This document shows positions 1-10,141 of a stretch of DNA of 64,000 nucleotides, piece after piece (within the stretch, counting starts at the first letter, position 1; each line of letters starts with the position of its first letter). The DNA is taken from the NCBI GenBank assembly GCA_963801605.1, contig CAWDFP010000006.1:1792001-1856000 (forward strand). Direction: 5' to 3'. A model generated the notes under the pieces. It saw nothing but the letters and a program-made list of their open reading frames with translations. It was not told the origin of the DNA and searched no databases. Both the position numbers and the translations under genes were made by a program. Source of the DNA: an uncultured candidate division Zixibacteria bacterium. GTDB lineage: Bacteria; Zixibacteria; MSB-5A5; UBA10806.

Positions 1-582
1 CCTTTAGGCAAATCGTTTAAACCGCTGGCAGGCGATTCAGGACCGGGGAATATGCTAATCGATCTTGCCATGCGCAGATTGTTTGATCAATCTTATGATG
101 TCAATGGCTACATGGCGCAAAAAGGAATCCCCAATATTGATTTAATCAATAATACGCTTAAAAATCCCTATTTCAAACTCCGGCCTCCGAAATCAACCGG
201 CAGGGAACTTTTCGGTCAAAGCTTCCTTGAAAGCGTTATGAAGGAGCTCAGGGGAAGATCATCAGAAGATATTATTGCCACTCTCAGTATGATCACGGTG
301 GCATCGATTACCGATTTTATTAAGCGCTATGGTCCCAGGGTTGAGGAGATATATCTCTGCGGCGGCGGCGCCAAAAATGGATTTATCGTCGATCACTTAA
401 AAAGCGCTTTCAAGGGTAATGTGGTCGAATCAACCGCAAGCGTGGGATACAATCCCGATTATTTAGAAGCCCTGCTCTGGGCTTTTTTGGCATATCGTTT
501 TATCACCGAAAATCCAATCGAAGCTCGCAGTTTTACAGGAGCCGTCAAACCATACATTCCGGGAAAATTATGCCTGCCATAA
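1..582 (+). CDS. anmK: Anhydro-N-acetylmuramic acid kinase, 5'-truncated by window edge
   Basis: Frame open from base 1; motifs DSGPGNMLID, PPKSTGRELF, LCGGGAKN, EALLWAFLA. Confidence 0.92.
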   Translation, partial: PLGKSFKPLAGDSGPGNMLIDLAMRRLFDQSYDVNGYMAQKGIPNIDLINNTLKNPYFKLRPPKSTGRELFGQSFLESVMKELRGRSSEDIIATLSMITVASITDFIKRYGPRVEEIYLCGGGAKNGFIVDHLKSAFKGNVVESTASVGYNPDYLEALLWAFLAYRFITENPIEARSFTGAVKPYIPGKLCLP

Positions 583-1820
583 GAAAAATCTTCTTTGCAA
601 TCATGATGGTATCGATTTTGGCTTTACGTTCCAACGCTCAACAAGACCCCATATCGGAGAAACTGAAAAATTTTAATCGTGAGATACCGATTGAGTTGTT
701 TGAGGGCCAGGAGGCTACTCTGGGAGTGCGAAATGGAGAAGCTGTCCTGGAATGTTATCGAGGAGTAAAGCTTTCAGAAATATTCTATTTTAATACCACC
801 GTTATACTGGATTTTCGGGAGAACGGAATTGAAATCGATGATGAAGATGGCCCTCTGGCAATCGGGCTAACCGAAGTCCGTTGTAAACCCCGTCAGGATC
901 TGGCGCTTTTGACTTTTGGCGATCATTCATTTCGAGGATATTTCAAAGCCCAGTACCAGGAAACTCCTAAGGGGATTATGCTTATTAACGTAGTTGATAT
1001 CGAGGATTATGTTAAGGGAGTGTTGCCGGGAGAGATTGGAGATCGTACTCCGGAAGAGTATGAGGCTGTAAAAGCCCAGGCAGTAGCCGCCAGGACCTAT
1101 GCTGTCTGGAAGTTAACGGATAACGAAACATCGAAGAGACTTGCTCCGACCATAGCCGACCAGCTTTACACGGGGGCCGATACGGAGAAAGACCTGCTTT
1201 CCAAAGGAGTCGATGACACTCAGGGTGAGATTATAACCTTCAAAAATCGCCCGATCTCGGCTTATTATCACGCTGTATGCGGAGGGCACACCGCTCCCAT
1301 AGAGAAGGTTTGGCCGGAAAAACATCCGTCGCCCTATCTGGTAGGCGTGGATGATCGCGATTATTGCGCTTGGGCCAAATCGTATTCCTGGACGGAAGAG
1401 TTTAGTTTATCAAAACTTCAGGAAACGCTTGATAAATATTTCACCGACAAAGGTAAATGTCAGCCGGGCGCTTTTGGTCCGATACGCGATATCGAATTTA
1501 CGCGCGATAAAGAAACCGGGCGGATGGAATTCATGAAAGTCAGCACCTTAACCGGCACTTACAAGGAGACCGACGACCATATTCGTTGGGCGCTGGTACG
1601 GCCCTCCTCGCCGGGAGCAATTCTGCCGTCGACGAAATTTAGAGTCGAAAAAGTAATGGACGGCAATAAACTCAATGGTTTGAGGATTTTCGGGACCGGC
1701 AACGGCCACGGAGTTGGCATGTGTCAATGCGGAGCGATAGGCCAGTCTCGCCTGGGAAATAAATATCAGGATATATTAAAATATTACTATAAGCATATTA
1801 AAATCGTAAAAGTCTATTAG
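570..1820 (+). CDS. SpoIID/LytB domain protein (peptidoglycan lytic transglycosylase-like), exported
   Basis: Signal peptide; EDYVKGVLPGE, EAVKAQAVAARTYA, GNGHGVGMCQCGA, ILKYYY motifs. Confidence 0.9.
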   Translation: MPAIRKIFFAIMMVSILALRSNAQQDPISEKLKNFNREIPIELFEGQEATLGVRNGEAVLECYRGVKLSEIFYFNTTVILDFRENGIEIDDEDGPLAIGLTEVRCKPRQDLALLTFGDHSFRGYFKAQYQETPKGIMLINVVDIEDYVKGVLPGEIGDRTPEEYEAVKAQAVAARTYAVWKLTDNETSKRLAPTIADQLYTGADTEKDLLSKGVDDTQGEIITFKNRPISAYYHAVCGGHTAPIEKVWPEKHPSPYLVGVDDRDYCAWAKSYSWTEEFSLSKLQETLDKYFTDKGKCQPGAFGPIRDIEFTRDKETGRMEFMKVSTLTGTYKETDDHIRWALVRPSSPGAILPSTKFRVEKVMDGNKLNGLRIFGTGNGHGVGMCQCGAIGQSRLGNKYQDILKYYYKHIKIVKVY

Positions 1821-1918
1821 TAATTATGCCAGGTATAAATCGATATAAGACAGCTTGATTTATACTCGAATGCGATTATCTTTTGGCGCGCGCGAAGGTA
1901 CGCCAGTCGGGGATTAAA

Positions 1919-2693
1919 ATGACTACTATTAGACCTTTAAAAATTGCGATAGTGCAGGATGTACCCGGAATCGGCTTGCGCGAAAATTATCGGCAAATTA
2001 TAGGTGGTTTTAAGCCCGACATATCTGGCCTTTTCCGAATATTTTCTCGTGGGTCCGGAGCAGACCGATACGGCCGCCTCATCGAAAAGGCGTGATGATA
2101 ATATTGGTCTGATAAAACAATGGTCTCTCGAATTTAATTGTCTGGTGGTCGGCGGGACGATTGTAGATGTCGAAAATAATCGCAATTTCAATCGTTGTTA
2201 TTTAATCGACAAGGGGAATATCATCGGTCATTATGATAAGATTCATCTCTACCGAAATGAAGGCAACGGACAGATAACCCCCGGAAACGAACATCGAGTT
2301 ATCCAATGGGGCGAGCTTAAGATTGGGCTTCTGATTTGCGCTGATGTTCTTTATCCGGAGTCATTTCAGGCGCTCGCCGGGATGCATCCGGATTTAGTTT
2401 TTATTCCGACAACATCACCTTTCAAGCCGGGAGAGGGACCGGAGGCTAAATTTGCCCGAGATGATAATCTTTACGCTAAAGGAGCGGCTATATCCGATGC
2501 GATTTTATTCAAGGTCAATGCTACAGGTTCAATAATTGGGCATCGGCTCCAAGGGAGGAGCCTGATCGCCAGTCCCCATAGGATACATTGGCGAATCGAA
2601 CCTATCGATGAAGATAAATCAGCTCTTGCTCTGGTTACCCTTAGGGGAGATAAGCGAAATCCGCTGCTTGACATAGTAACTCATCTGGACTAA
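1919..2693 (+). pseudogene. Carbon-nitrogen hydrolase (nitrilase family), one +1 frameshift near 2024 (probably an assembly error)
   Basis: N-terminus LKIAIVQ...FKPD in one frame continues as LAFSEYF in the next; E-K-C triad in FSEYF / YDKIHLY / LICADVLYPE. Confidence 0.8.
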
Positions 2694-2705
2694 CTTATAA
2701 GCTAT

Positions 2706-3146
2706 ATGGTTCCTTTCAAGCCTGCAGAGATCAGGGTTATTGCGGTGTTGTCGGTTTTGGCGCTGGCAGGTTCGGTTGTAACTATACTGCAAAGGCAAGG
2801 GCGAATTTCCCGTCTCGACCTGGGTACATTTTCCGAAAAGAGCATTTATAATTATAGTTATCGCTCCAAAGAATTAAAAGAGGCATCCGTTCAAAATGCT
2901 TCTGATCAATTAAAAGCGCTATCGACAGTTCCGGAGGCTAAAGGAGCCGGAGAGACTCTGGATATCAATCATGCCGGCCTCTATGATCTGGAGGCGCTTC
3001 CGGGCATCGGGCCAGTCATGGCTCAGCGGATTATAGATTTTCGCGATAGTCTTGGGGGATTTACAGCAGTCGATGATCTCAAAAAAGTAAAGGGAATTGG
3101 ACCGGCCAAATTTGCCCTGATAAAAGATAAAGTGGCCATAAAATGA
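2706..3146 (+). CDS. comEA: ComEA-family helix-hairpin-helix DNA-binding protein with N-terminal TM
   Basis: LDINHA..LEALPGIGPVMAQRII..DDLKKVKGIG double HhH. Confidence 0.85.
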   Translation: MVPFKPAEIRVIAVLSVLALAGSVVTILQRQGRISRLDLGTFSEKSIYNYSYRSKELKEASVQNASDQLKALSTVPEAKGAGETLDINHAGLYDLEALPGIGPVMAQRIIDFRDSLGGFTAVDDLKKVKGIGPAKFALIKDKVAIK

Positions 3147-3949
3147 AATTAGGAATAACGCTTCTCGATGATAGACTGCTTCTATCGTACCACTACGGCG
3201 ATATAAAAGAACCGGAATTCAGGGCTTTTCCGATTAAAGACAAGGCCGATTCGCCGGGTTGGGTATGGCGGGCCGCGGGGGAAGAGGCTTTCGAATCGTT
3301 CAGGCGCGCCGAGCAGGCAATTTTGGCTCTTCCCGCTGGAGGTACCTACCTGAAGCGTTTGGAGGTCGATGGCAAACTCGCCAGGGAACAGTCGACCTAT
3401 TTGCAGTGGCTGGCTTCGACTCAGATTCCCGGATCACTCACCGATTATCGTTATGATTTTATTTCGCTTCGCGAAAGTTTCGATAGCAGAATGGTCGAGA
3501 TGCTTTTCTACGCCATTCCAGCCAGACTTATTGATAGTCTTTTATACGGCCTTAAAACCGAGAATCAACCATCGCCGATTAATTATTTTCCGGAGCAGCT
3601 CGGGTTGGTCAGAGTAGTGGAAAAGTCAGTTCAAAGAGATGATATCGCCCAGGCCGGGATAGTCAACTGCGATATGCGGGGGGCCGGAGCGGTTTATATC
3701 AGAGATGGGCGTTTTAATCACTGCCGCTATTTCCCAATTCATGCCTCCAGACGCGAAGACCTTTCAACAGACATAGAAACATATTTTCTCAGCCGCGCGG
3801 ATGCCTCCGAATCGTTGCCCTTGATAGTAACCGGCTTTCCCGAAGATTTTAAGACCAACTGGTCGCCCGTGGTGCCGGCATTCATGGGAATCCATAATCT
3901 CGAATTTGCGGCGGGTTGGGGCGTGGCAGATTTTACCGGTGCCGGATGA
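3143..3949 (+). CDS. Hypothetical protein, possibly a divergent PilM-like (actin-like fold) protein
   Basis: Translationally coupled (ATGA overlaps) between comEA and rsmD; pattern ILALP..YLKRL / QIP...YRYDF / LFYAIP / VYIRDGR resembles PilM. Confidence 0.55.
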   Translation: MKLGITLLDDRLLLSYHYGDIKEPEFRAFPIKDKADSPGWVWRAAGEEAFESFRRAEQAILALPAGGTYLKRLEVDGKLAREQSTYLQWLASTQIPGSLTDYRYDFISLRESFDSRMVEMLFYAIPARLIDSLLYGLKTENQPSPINYFPEQLGLVRVVEKSVQRDDIAQAGIVNCDMRGAGAVYIRDGRFNHCRYFPIHASRREDLSTDIETYFLSRADASESLPLIVTGFPEDFKTNWSPVVPAFMGIHNLEFAAGWGVADFTGAG

Positions 3950-4509
3950 GAATCGCAGGGGGCGAATTTCGGGGGCGTATCATCAAGACGCCAAAAATCC
4001 CCACTATCAGGCCATCGACAGAGAAAACTCGGGAGGCGATTTTCTCCGTATTAGGCGCTGATATTCTCGACGCTAAGGTCGCGGACCTATTTTGCGGATC
4101 GGGGGCGTTAGGGCTTGAGGCAATTTCGCGCGGGGCGTCAAGCGCTCTATTTATTGATATCAATTCAGCATGCACTACCACTGTAAAAGAGAATGTTATA
4201 ACGCTGGGGCTTGAATCCTGCACAAAAGTTATGACTTTGAATGCGCTGGGGCTCAGGGCCTCGCATCTTAATGATGTGGGAATCATTTTTGCCGATCCGC
4301 CATATAAGATGGGATATGCTGAGCGCCTGGTTTCGTTATTGTCCTTGCAAAAATTACTCTGGCATGGGATATTAGTATTGGAACACGAGCCTAAATGGAT
4401 TTATGAAGGCGATAGGTTTGAGTTGGCGAAAAGACTTGAGTTTGGAGATACAGCAGTGAGTTTCCTTCTGGGGCGAAAGGATGTAGAAAGGATTGATTCC
4501 AATGATTGA
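3946..4509 (+). CDS. rsmD: 16S rRNA m2G966 methyltransferase
   Basis: MRIAGGEFRGR, RPST..REAIF, DLFCGSGALGLEAISRGA, DPPY. Confidence 0.93.
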   Translation: MRIAGGEFRGRIIKTPKIPTIRPSTEKTREAIFSVLGADILDAKVADLFCGSGALGLEAISRGASSALFIDINSACTTTVKENVITLGLESCTKVMTLNALGLRASHLNDVGIIFADPPYKMGYAERLVSLLSLQKLLWHGILVLEHEPKWIYEGDRFELAKRLEFGDTAVSFLLGRKDVERIDSND

Positions 4510-4984
4510 TACCGCGCTTTATCCCGGCACATTCGACCCGATTACGCTGGGCCATGTGGATATCATCAAGAGGGCCAGGCGAATATTCGGGAAATTAGTG
4601 GTGGCAGTCGCCGATAACCCCGAGAAAAATCCGCTGTTCTCGGTTGAGGAAAGGATCGAAATTATTAAGGACGCCACTCGCGAGATGGGCGATATTACGG
4701 TAGCATCCTTCAGCGACCTGACGGCGCGCTATGCCAAATCAATCGATGCACTCGTTATTATTAGAGGTCTGCGGGCCGTTTCCGATTTCGAATTCGAATT
4801 CCAGATGGCGCTCATGAATCGTAAAATAGAGCCGACCGTTGAGACGGTTTTTTTAATGCCTAATGAAAAATACAGCTACCTGTCATCGTCGCTGGTAAAA
4901 GATATTGCCCGTCGCGGCGGGGATATCTCCTGTTTTGTACCTGATGGAGTAAAAGAGAGACTGGCGCGACGCTTTTCCGGGTGA
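4502..4984 (+). CDS. coaD: Pantetheine-phosphate adenylyltransferase
   Basis: YPGTFDPITLGH, RGLRAVSDFEFE, SSSLVK. Confidence 0.97.
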   Translation: MIDTALYPGTFDPITLGHVDIIKRARRIFGKLVVAVADNPEKNPLFSVEERIEIIKDATREMGDITVASFSDLTARYAKSIDALVIIRGLRAVSDFEFEFQMALMNRKIEPTVETVFLMPNEKYSYLSSSLVKDIARRGGDISCFVPDGVKERLARRFSG

Positions 4985-5007
4985 AACCGCCATATAGGGA
5001 GAAGATA

Positions 5008-6510
5008 ATGAACGAAGAGTTAAGCGAAATTTTACAGAATAGACGTCAAAAATTAGACAAACTGCGCGAACTTAATATAAATCCATTTCCATTTCGATAT
5101 GAAAGAACGCATCAATCAACTCAGGTTATTTCTAATTTCGATCTTCTGGAGTCAAGCGGTGCGACAGTCAAAGTGGCCGGACGATTAATGAGTATCAGGC
5201 TGCATGGGAAAACCTTGTTTGCTCATATCAAGGACGGCGTGGGAACGATCCAGATTTATGTAAGGCGGGATGATATTGGCCAGGAAATATTTGATCGTTT
5301 CGGCCTGTTCGATATGGGCGATATTATCGGAGTTGAGGGAACTATTTTTAAGACGCATACTGGCGAGATAACGATTCGGGTATCGTCCTTCGAGCTGTTG
5401 ACAAAATCGCTTCAGCCGCTGCCGGAGAAATGGCATGGGCTTCAGGATAAGGAGCTCAGGTATCGCCGGCGCTATCTCGATCTTCTGGGCAGCCCGGAGG
5501 TGCTCGATACGTTCAGGATGCGTACCAGGATCATCAATGCAGTCAGACGATTCCTCGATGAGCGCGGTTTTCTGGAAGTTGAAACACCAGTGCTGCAACG
5601 TATCTACGGAGGCACCAATGCCAAGCCGTTTATGACTCATCTCAACGCGCTTGATATGGATCTTTATTTGCGTATCGCAGACGAGCTTTATCTAAAGCGT
5701 CTGGTCATTGGCGGGATAGAGAAGGTGTATGAAATATCCAAAGACTTCCGCAACGAGGGGATGGATCGGAATCACAACCCCGAATTCACGATGCTGGAAT
5801 TCTATTGGGCTTATGCCGATTATATCGATCTCATGAAGCTTATCGAGCTTATGTATTTTAAGATTTCTACCGAGCTTTTAGGAACAGATAAAATTAAGAG
5901 AGAAGAAAAGGATATTTCTCTGACCCCGCCCTTTAAAAGGCTTCCTTATTATGAGGCTTTCAATCAATATCTGGGAGTTGACGTCATAGATTACGATGAG
6001 AATCAATTAAAGGCCCTGGCGGTTGAGAAGGGTTTGATTAAAGAAGAGGCCAAGATTATCGGCCGAGGCGGTTATCTCGATATTATCTCAAAGGAATTGG
6101 TTGAGCCTCATCTGGAACAGCCGACTTTTATTACCGATTACCCCATAGAGCTTTCGCCCCTGGCAAAAAAGCATCGCAGCGATCCGCGATTGACTGAGCG
6201 TTTTGAGCTTTTCATCGATGGTGTGGAATATGGCAACGGTTTTTCAGAGCTAAACGATCCTGACGATCAACGGGCTCGTTTTGAGGCTCAGCGCGCTCGC
6301 AAGGAAGCAGGAGACGAGGAGGCTCATCCCATAGACGAGGATTTCCTCTTTGCGCTTCAACACGGCATGCCGCCAACCACAGGTTTTGGCCTGGGGGTGG
6401 ATCGCTTTATAATGCTGCTTACCGGCGCCCACTCGATCCGCGATGTCATCTTTTTCCCGATTATGAAACCGGAGGCAACCAGAAGCACTATCCCTCTCGA
6501 AGATGAATAA
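5008..6510 (+). CDS. lysS: Lysine--tRNA ligase (class II)
   Basis: OB-fold N-terminus, YRRRYLDL, FRNEGMDRNHNPEF, GMPPTTGFGLGVDR. Confidence 0.97.
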   Translation: MNEELSEILQNRRQKLDKLRELNINPFPFRYERTHQSTQVISNFDLLESSGATVKVAGRLMSIRLHGKTLFAHIKDGVGTIQIYVRRDDIGQEIFDRFGLFDMGDIIGVEGTIFKTHTGEITIRVSSFELLTKSLQPLPEKWHGLQDKELRYRRRYLDLLGSPEVLDTFRMRTRIINAVRRFLDERGFLEVETPVLQRIYGGTNAKPFMTHLNALDMDLYLRIADELYLKRLVIGGIEKVYEISKDFRNEGMDRNHNPEFTMLEFYWAYADYIDLMKLIELMYFKISTELLGTDKIKREEKDISLTPPFKRLPYYEAFNQYLGVDVIDYDENQLKALAVEKGLIKEEAKIIGRGGYLDIISKELVEPHLEQPTFITDYPIELSPLAKKHRSDPRLTERFELFIDGVEYGNGFSELNDPDDQRARFEAQRARKEAGDEEAHPIDEDFLFALQHGMPPTTGFGLGVDRFIMLLTGAHSIRDVIFFPIMKPEATRSTIPLEDE

Positions 6511-6512
6511 TC

Positions 6513-7742
6513 ATGTCATTTGAGTTTTTCATAGCCAAACGGTATTTCACGTCACGGCACAGGCAGGGATTTCTTTCGCTCCTGGGAGTAATTTCTATCG
6601 GAGTAGTTCTTCTTTCGACGGCATCGCTGTTACTGGTCATGTCGGTGATGAATGGTTTCGAGACGGAAGTCCGCGACCGCATTATCGGCACTATGGCGCA
6701 TATTATGGTGGCCTCCCGGTTTATGGGAGGGATCGAGGACTGGCCGCAGGTCGAAAAAGATATCCAGTCCGTGCATGGAGTAACATCCACCAGCCCGGTT
6801 ATTATCGCCAAATCGGCGATCTCCTCAAAATATGAAACTGACGGCGTTGTCGTCCGCGGTATCATTCCGGGAAAAGAAGCCGAAGTCTCAAATATATCGG
6901 AATATTTGATCACTCATGAACTGTCATTTGAAACCCCTGATACCAATTTTGTGGGCGTCTGGCTGGGAATCGATCTCGCTAATCGCCTTAATGTTTCTTT
7001 AGATGACAAAATCCGCCTATACTCTCTAAAGGACGTCGGCAGTGCCCTGACGGGTTTTACTCCCAAGGTAATGCTATGTATGGTTACCGGGATAGTCGAA
7101 ACCGGCATGTCGACTTATGATGATAATTTTGTATATATGCCTCTGGCCAGAGCTCAGGAGCTATTCAATCTCGGAAGCGCTGTCACTACTATTGAAGTTA
7201 AAACCACCGATTTTTATACCGCCTGGAAAGTTGCCAGGGATATCGCTGAGAAAGTGGGTCTTAAATACAGCGCCACCGATTGGAAAGATTACAATCGCAA
7301 TCTTTTTTCCTGGATGACCCTTGAAAAATGGATGATGTTTTTGGTGCTCATGTTGTTCGTGCTGGTGGCAGCCAGTAACATCATCGCTCTTTTAATCATG
7401 ATGGTTTTAGCCAAGCGAGCCGATATTGGCATCCTGATGGCAACGGGCTTATCGAGAAACCGGGTCAAACGGATATTCGCGTTCCAGGGACTGATTATTG
7501 GGGCAGTTGGCGGAATATTGGGAGTTACAATCGCTACGATCCTGGGTTTGATTCAAAAAAAATATTCGGTGATTTCGCTTCCCAGCGATATCTATTTTAT
7601 CTCAGCTCTGCCCATAGATATCAGGCCTCTTGATATTGTTTTAATATTGGCGCTGGCGGTATTAATTGGCCTGCTTTTCTCGATCTATCCCGCCTTAAGA
7701 GCCTCGCGGCTTGAACCGGTGGATATTATCCGTTATGAATGA
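6513..7742 (+). CDS. lolE: Lipoprotein-releasing ABC transporter permease (LolC/E family)
   Basis: FFIAKRY, VMSVMNGF, four TM segments, YPALRASRLEPVDIIRYE. Confidence 0.9.
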   Translation: MSFEFFIAKRYFTSRHRQGFLSLLGVISIGVVLLSTASLLLVMSVMNGFETEVRDRIIGTMAHIMVASRFMGGIEDWPQVEKDIQSVHGVTSTSPVIIAKSAISSKYETDGVVVRGIIPGKEAEVSNISEYLITHELSFETPDTNFVGVWLGIDLANRLNVSLDDKIRLYSLKDVGSALTGFTPKVMLCMVTGIVETGMSTYDDNFVYMPLARAQELFNLGSAVTTIEVKTTDFYTAWKVARDIAEKVGLKYSATDWKDYNRNLFSWMTLEKWMMFLVLMLFVLVAASNIIALLIMMVLAKRADIGILMATGLSRNRVKRIFAFQGLIIGAVGGILGVTIATILGLIQKKYSVISLPSDIYFISALPIDIRPLDIVLILALAVLIGLLFSIYPALRASRLEPVDIIRYE

Positions 7743-8436
7743 GGACAGCCGCGTGAACAACGATCAAATGCTTTTATCCGCCGATGGAATAACCAAACGA
7801 TTTCGCTCCGGAGACACCTATCTTGAGGTCTTGAAAGGGGCCAGTCTGGAGCTAAAACCGTCCCAATTTGCAATACTTTCAGGGCCATCGGGATCAGGCA
7901 AAAGCACCCTGCTTTATATTTTGGGTGGGTTAGAAAAGCCGGATAATGGACGGATAATGTTCGATGGCGAAGCGATAGATTCCCTTACCAATAGCCAGAT
8001 AGACAATTATCGCAATCAAAAGATCGGATTTGTATTCCAAATGCACTATCTATTGCCGGATTTTACCGCTCTGGAGAATGTGATGATACCGGCCATGATA
8101 AGCGGTCAGCCGCGTGAGGCTATACAGGAACGAGCCCTGGCGCTTTTGGCGAAATTATCGCTTTCAGAGCGAATAAATCATTATCCCAACCAGTTATCCG
8201 GGGGAGAGCAACAGAGGGTTGCAGTAGCCAGAGCCTTAATTAACTCACCACGCCTCATTTTTGCCGATGAACCAACCGGCAACCTCGATAGAGAAAACGC
8301 AATATTACTCTTAAAGTTATTTCGGAAACTTGTCGAAGATACTGGTGTATGCGTGCTAATTGCGACTCACGATCCGGAATTAGCGCAAATGGGTGATATG
8401 ACCTTTCGCCTCCATGATGGTAAAATTCTGGCGTAA
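7735..8436 (+). CDS. lolD: Lipoprotein-releasing ABC transporter ATP-binding protein
   Basis: GPSGSGKST, GFVFQMHYLLPDFTALENV, LSGGEQQR, DEPTGNLD. Confidence 0.92.
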   Translation: MNEDSRVNNDQMLLSADGITKRFRSGDTYLEVLKGASLELKPSQFAILSGPSGSGKSTLLYILGGLEKPDNGRIMFDGEAIDSLTNSQIDNYRNQKIGFVFQMHYLLPDFTALENVMIPAMISGQPREAIQERALALLAKLSLSERINHYPNQLSGGEQQRVAVARALINSPRLIFADEPTGNLDRENAILLLKLFRKLVEDTGVCVLIATHDPELAQMGDMTFRLHDGKILA

Positions 8437-8529
8437 AAGGTCTTGCAGACGACCGAAAACCCTGACATAATAATAACGCGGGAACAGTGGTCTAAGACCT
8501 TAAGTTCAAAGAATTGAAGGAAAAAAGGG

Positions 8530-9045
8530 ATGCTTTGTCAAGATTGCAACCAAAACGAATCTACGGTTCATCTCACGCAGATTGTCAATAACAAGAAGCT
8601 GGTCTTGAACCTGTGTAAGGATTGCGCCGAAAAGAGGGGTTTTCATTCTCCTTTTGAACATATGCCATTCCCGTTAGCTGAACTGGTAACCGGCATGGTG
8701 GGACCGAAAACCACATCTCATAAAAGTGGACGGAAATCCACCAAGATCAAAAAATGTCCCGGTTGCGGAATGACATTTGAGGATTTTGGCAAGTCGGGCC
8801 GGCTTGGCTGCGGTCAATGCTACGATACATTTCGTGTCGAAATGACCGATCTGCTTCGCAAGATTCACGGATCGCCGAAACATCGCGGTAAAGGAATGGT
8901 TGTAGAACCTGAGATGGTTAAGCCGATGAAAGAGGAATCGCGTTTGAGAGAAGAACTCAAAAAAGCTGTTGAAAACGAGGATTTTGAAAAGGCGGCCACT
9001 CTTCGCGACCAAATAAGATCGTTGACCGGAACGGAGCAGGTATAA
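8530..9045 (+). CDS. mcsA: McsA, activator of protein-arginine kinase (CxxC motifs plus UVR domain)
   Basis: Four CxxC motifs, GRLGCGQCY, FEKAATLRDQI. Confidence 0.95.
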   Translation: MLCQDCNQNESTVHLTQIVNNKKLVLNLCKDCAEKRGFHSPFEHMPFPLAELVTGMVGPKTTSHKSGRKSTKIKKCPGCGMTFEDFGKSGRLGCGQCYDTFRVEMTDLLRKIHGSPKHRGKGMVVEPEMVKPMKEESRLREELKKAVENEDFEKAATLRDQIRSLTGTEQV

Positions 9046-9046
9046 G

Positions 9047-10111
9047 ATGACTGTCGATATGTTAAATGAAATGGCCAGGCATACTGCTCCCTGGCTCAAT
9101 GGGGAAGGCCCCGATTCGTCTGTGGTACTATCTTCCAGAATTCGTCTGGCTCGTAATATCTCCGAATTTCCCTTTCCGCCGGCAGCCTCGGTAGATACCA
9201 GGGAAAAAGTAATCGATCTGATGGAGACCGCGGTAAAGCGTCTGCCGGGCTTAAAGCAGGGCGGCTTTTACCGGTCGCAGGATATCGAATCTTTGGATCA
9301 AATGTTTCTGGCGGAACGGCATCTGATTTCACCTCAGTTTATGAGAGACGGCATTGGGCGCGGGCTGGTAATCGACCCTAAAGAGCGGGTTTCGATCATG
9401 CTCAATGAGGAAGATCATATCAGATTGCAGGTCCTCTCGTCGGGCATGTCTCTTTATGATTGCTGGGAATATGCCAACAAGATTGATAACGATCTGGGAA
9501 AAGTATTGCAGTTCGATTTTGATGGCGATTTCGGATATTTGACCGCCTGTCCTACCAATGTTGGAACCGGATTGAGAGCATCCCTATTGATTCATCTTCC
9601 GGGCCTGGTGTTGACTCGTGAGATCGATAATGTTATCGGGCGGATTTCCAAAGTTGGGCTGATGGTTCGCGGTTTCTATGGCGAGGGCACCGACGTATTG
9701 GGCAATCTGTTTCAGATTTCCAATCAAACGACTCTGGGCCGCACCGAGGAGGAGATCATTGATTCTCTGGCCAAGATCTCCAAACAGATTATCGAATACG
9801 AGAAAGGCGCCCAGGAAACTCTGATGAAAGACGCTCCCGAGCAGATCGAGGATAAGGTCTGGAGATCGTACGGAATTCTGACCAACGCCAGAGTATTGAC
9901 ATCAACCGAGGTTATGAATCTGCTTTCGGCAATGCGTCTGGGCCTGTCTTTGGGCCTCACCGATAAATGCGACTACAAGATGCTTAATGAGCTTTTGATA
10001 ATAACCCAGCCGGCGCATTTACAGAAATACGTCGGCAGGGAAATGGATACGACCGAGCGCGATATGGTTCGTGCCGATCTGATAAGAAAAAGATTTACTG
10101 GTTCCAAGTAG
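9047..10111 (+). CDS. mcsB: Protein-arginine kinase McsB
   Basis: SSRIRLARN, NEEDHIR, LTACPTNVGTGLRAS, FQISNQTTLG. Confidence 0.96.
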   Translation: MTVDMLNEMARHTAPWLNGEGPDSSVVLSSRIRLARNISEFPFPPAASVDTREKVIDLMETAVKRLPGLKQGGFYRSQDIESLDQMFLAERHLISPQFMRDGIGRGLVIDPKERVSIMLNEEDHIRLQVLSSGMSLYDCWEYANKIDNDLGKVLQFDFDGDFGYLTACPTNVGTGLRASLLIHLPGLVLTREIDNVIGRISKVGLMVRGFYGEGTDVLGNLFQISNQTTLGRTEEEIIDSLAKISKQIIEYEKGAQETLMKDAPEQIEDKVWRSYGILTNARVLTSTEVMNLLSAMRLGLSLGLTDKCDYKMLNELLIITQPAHLQKYVGREMDTTERDMVRADLIRKRFTGSK

Positions 10112-10141
10112 AATCATGATAATTAGAAAGGGTGTTAAGCG

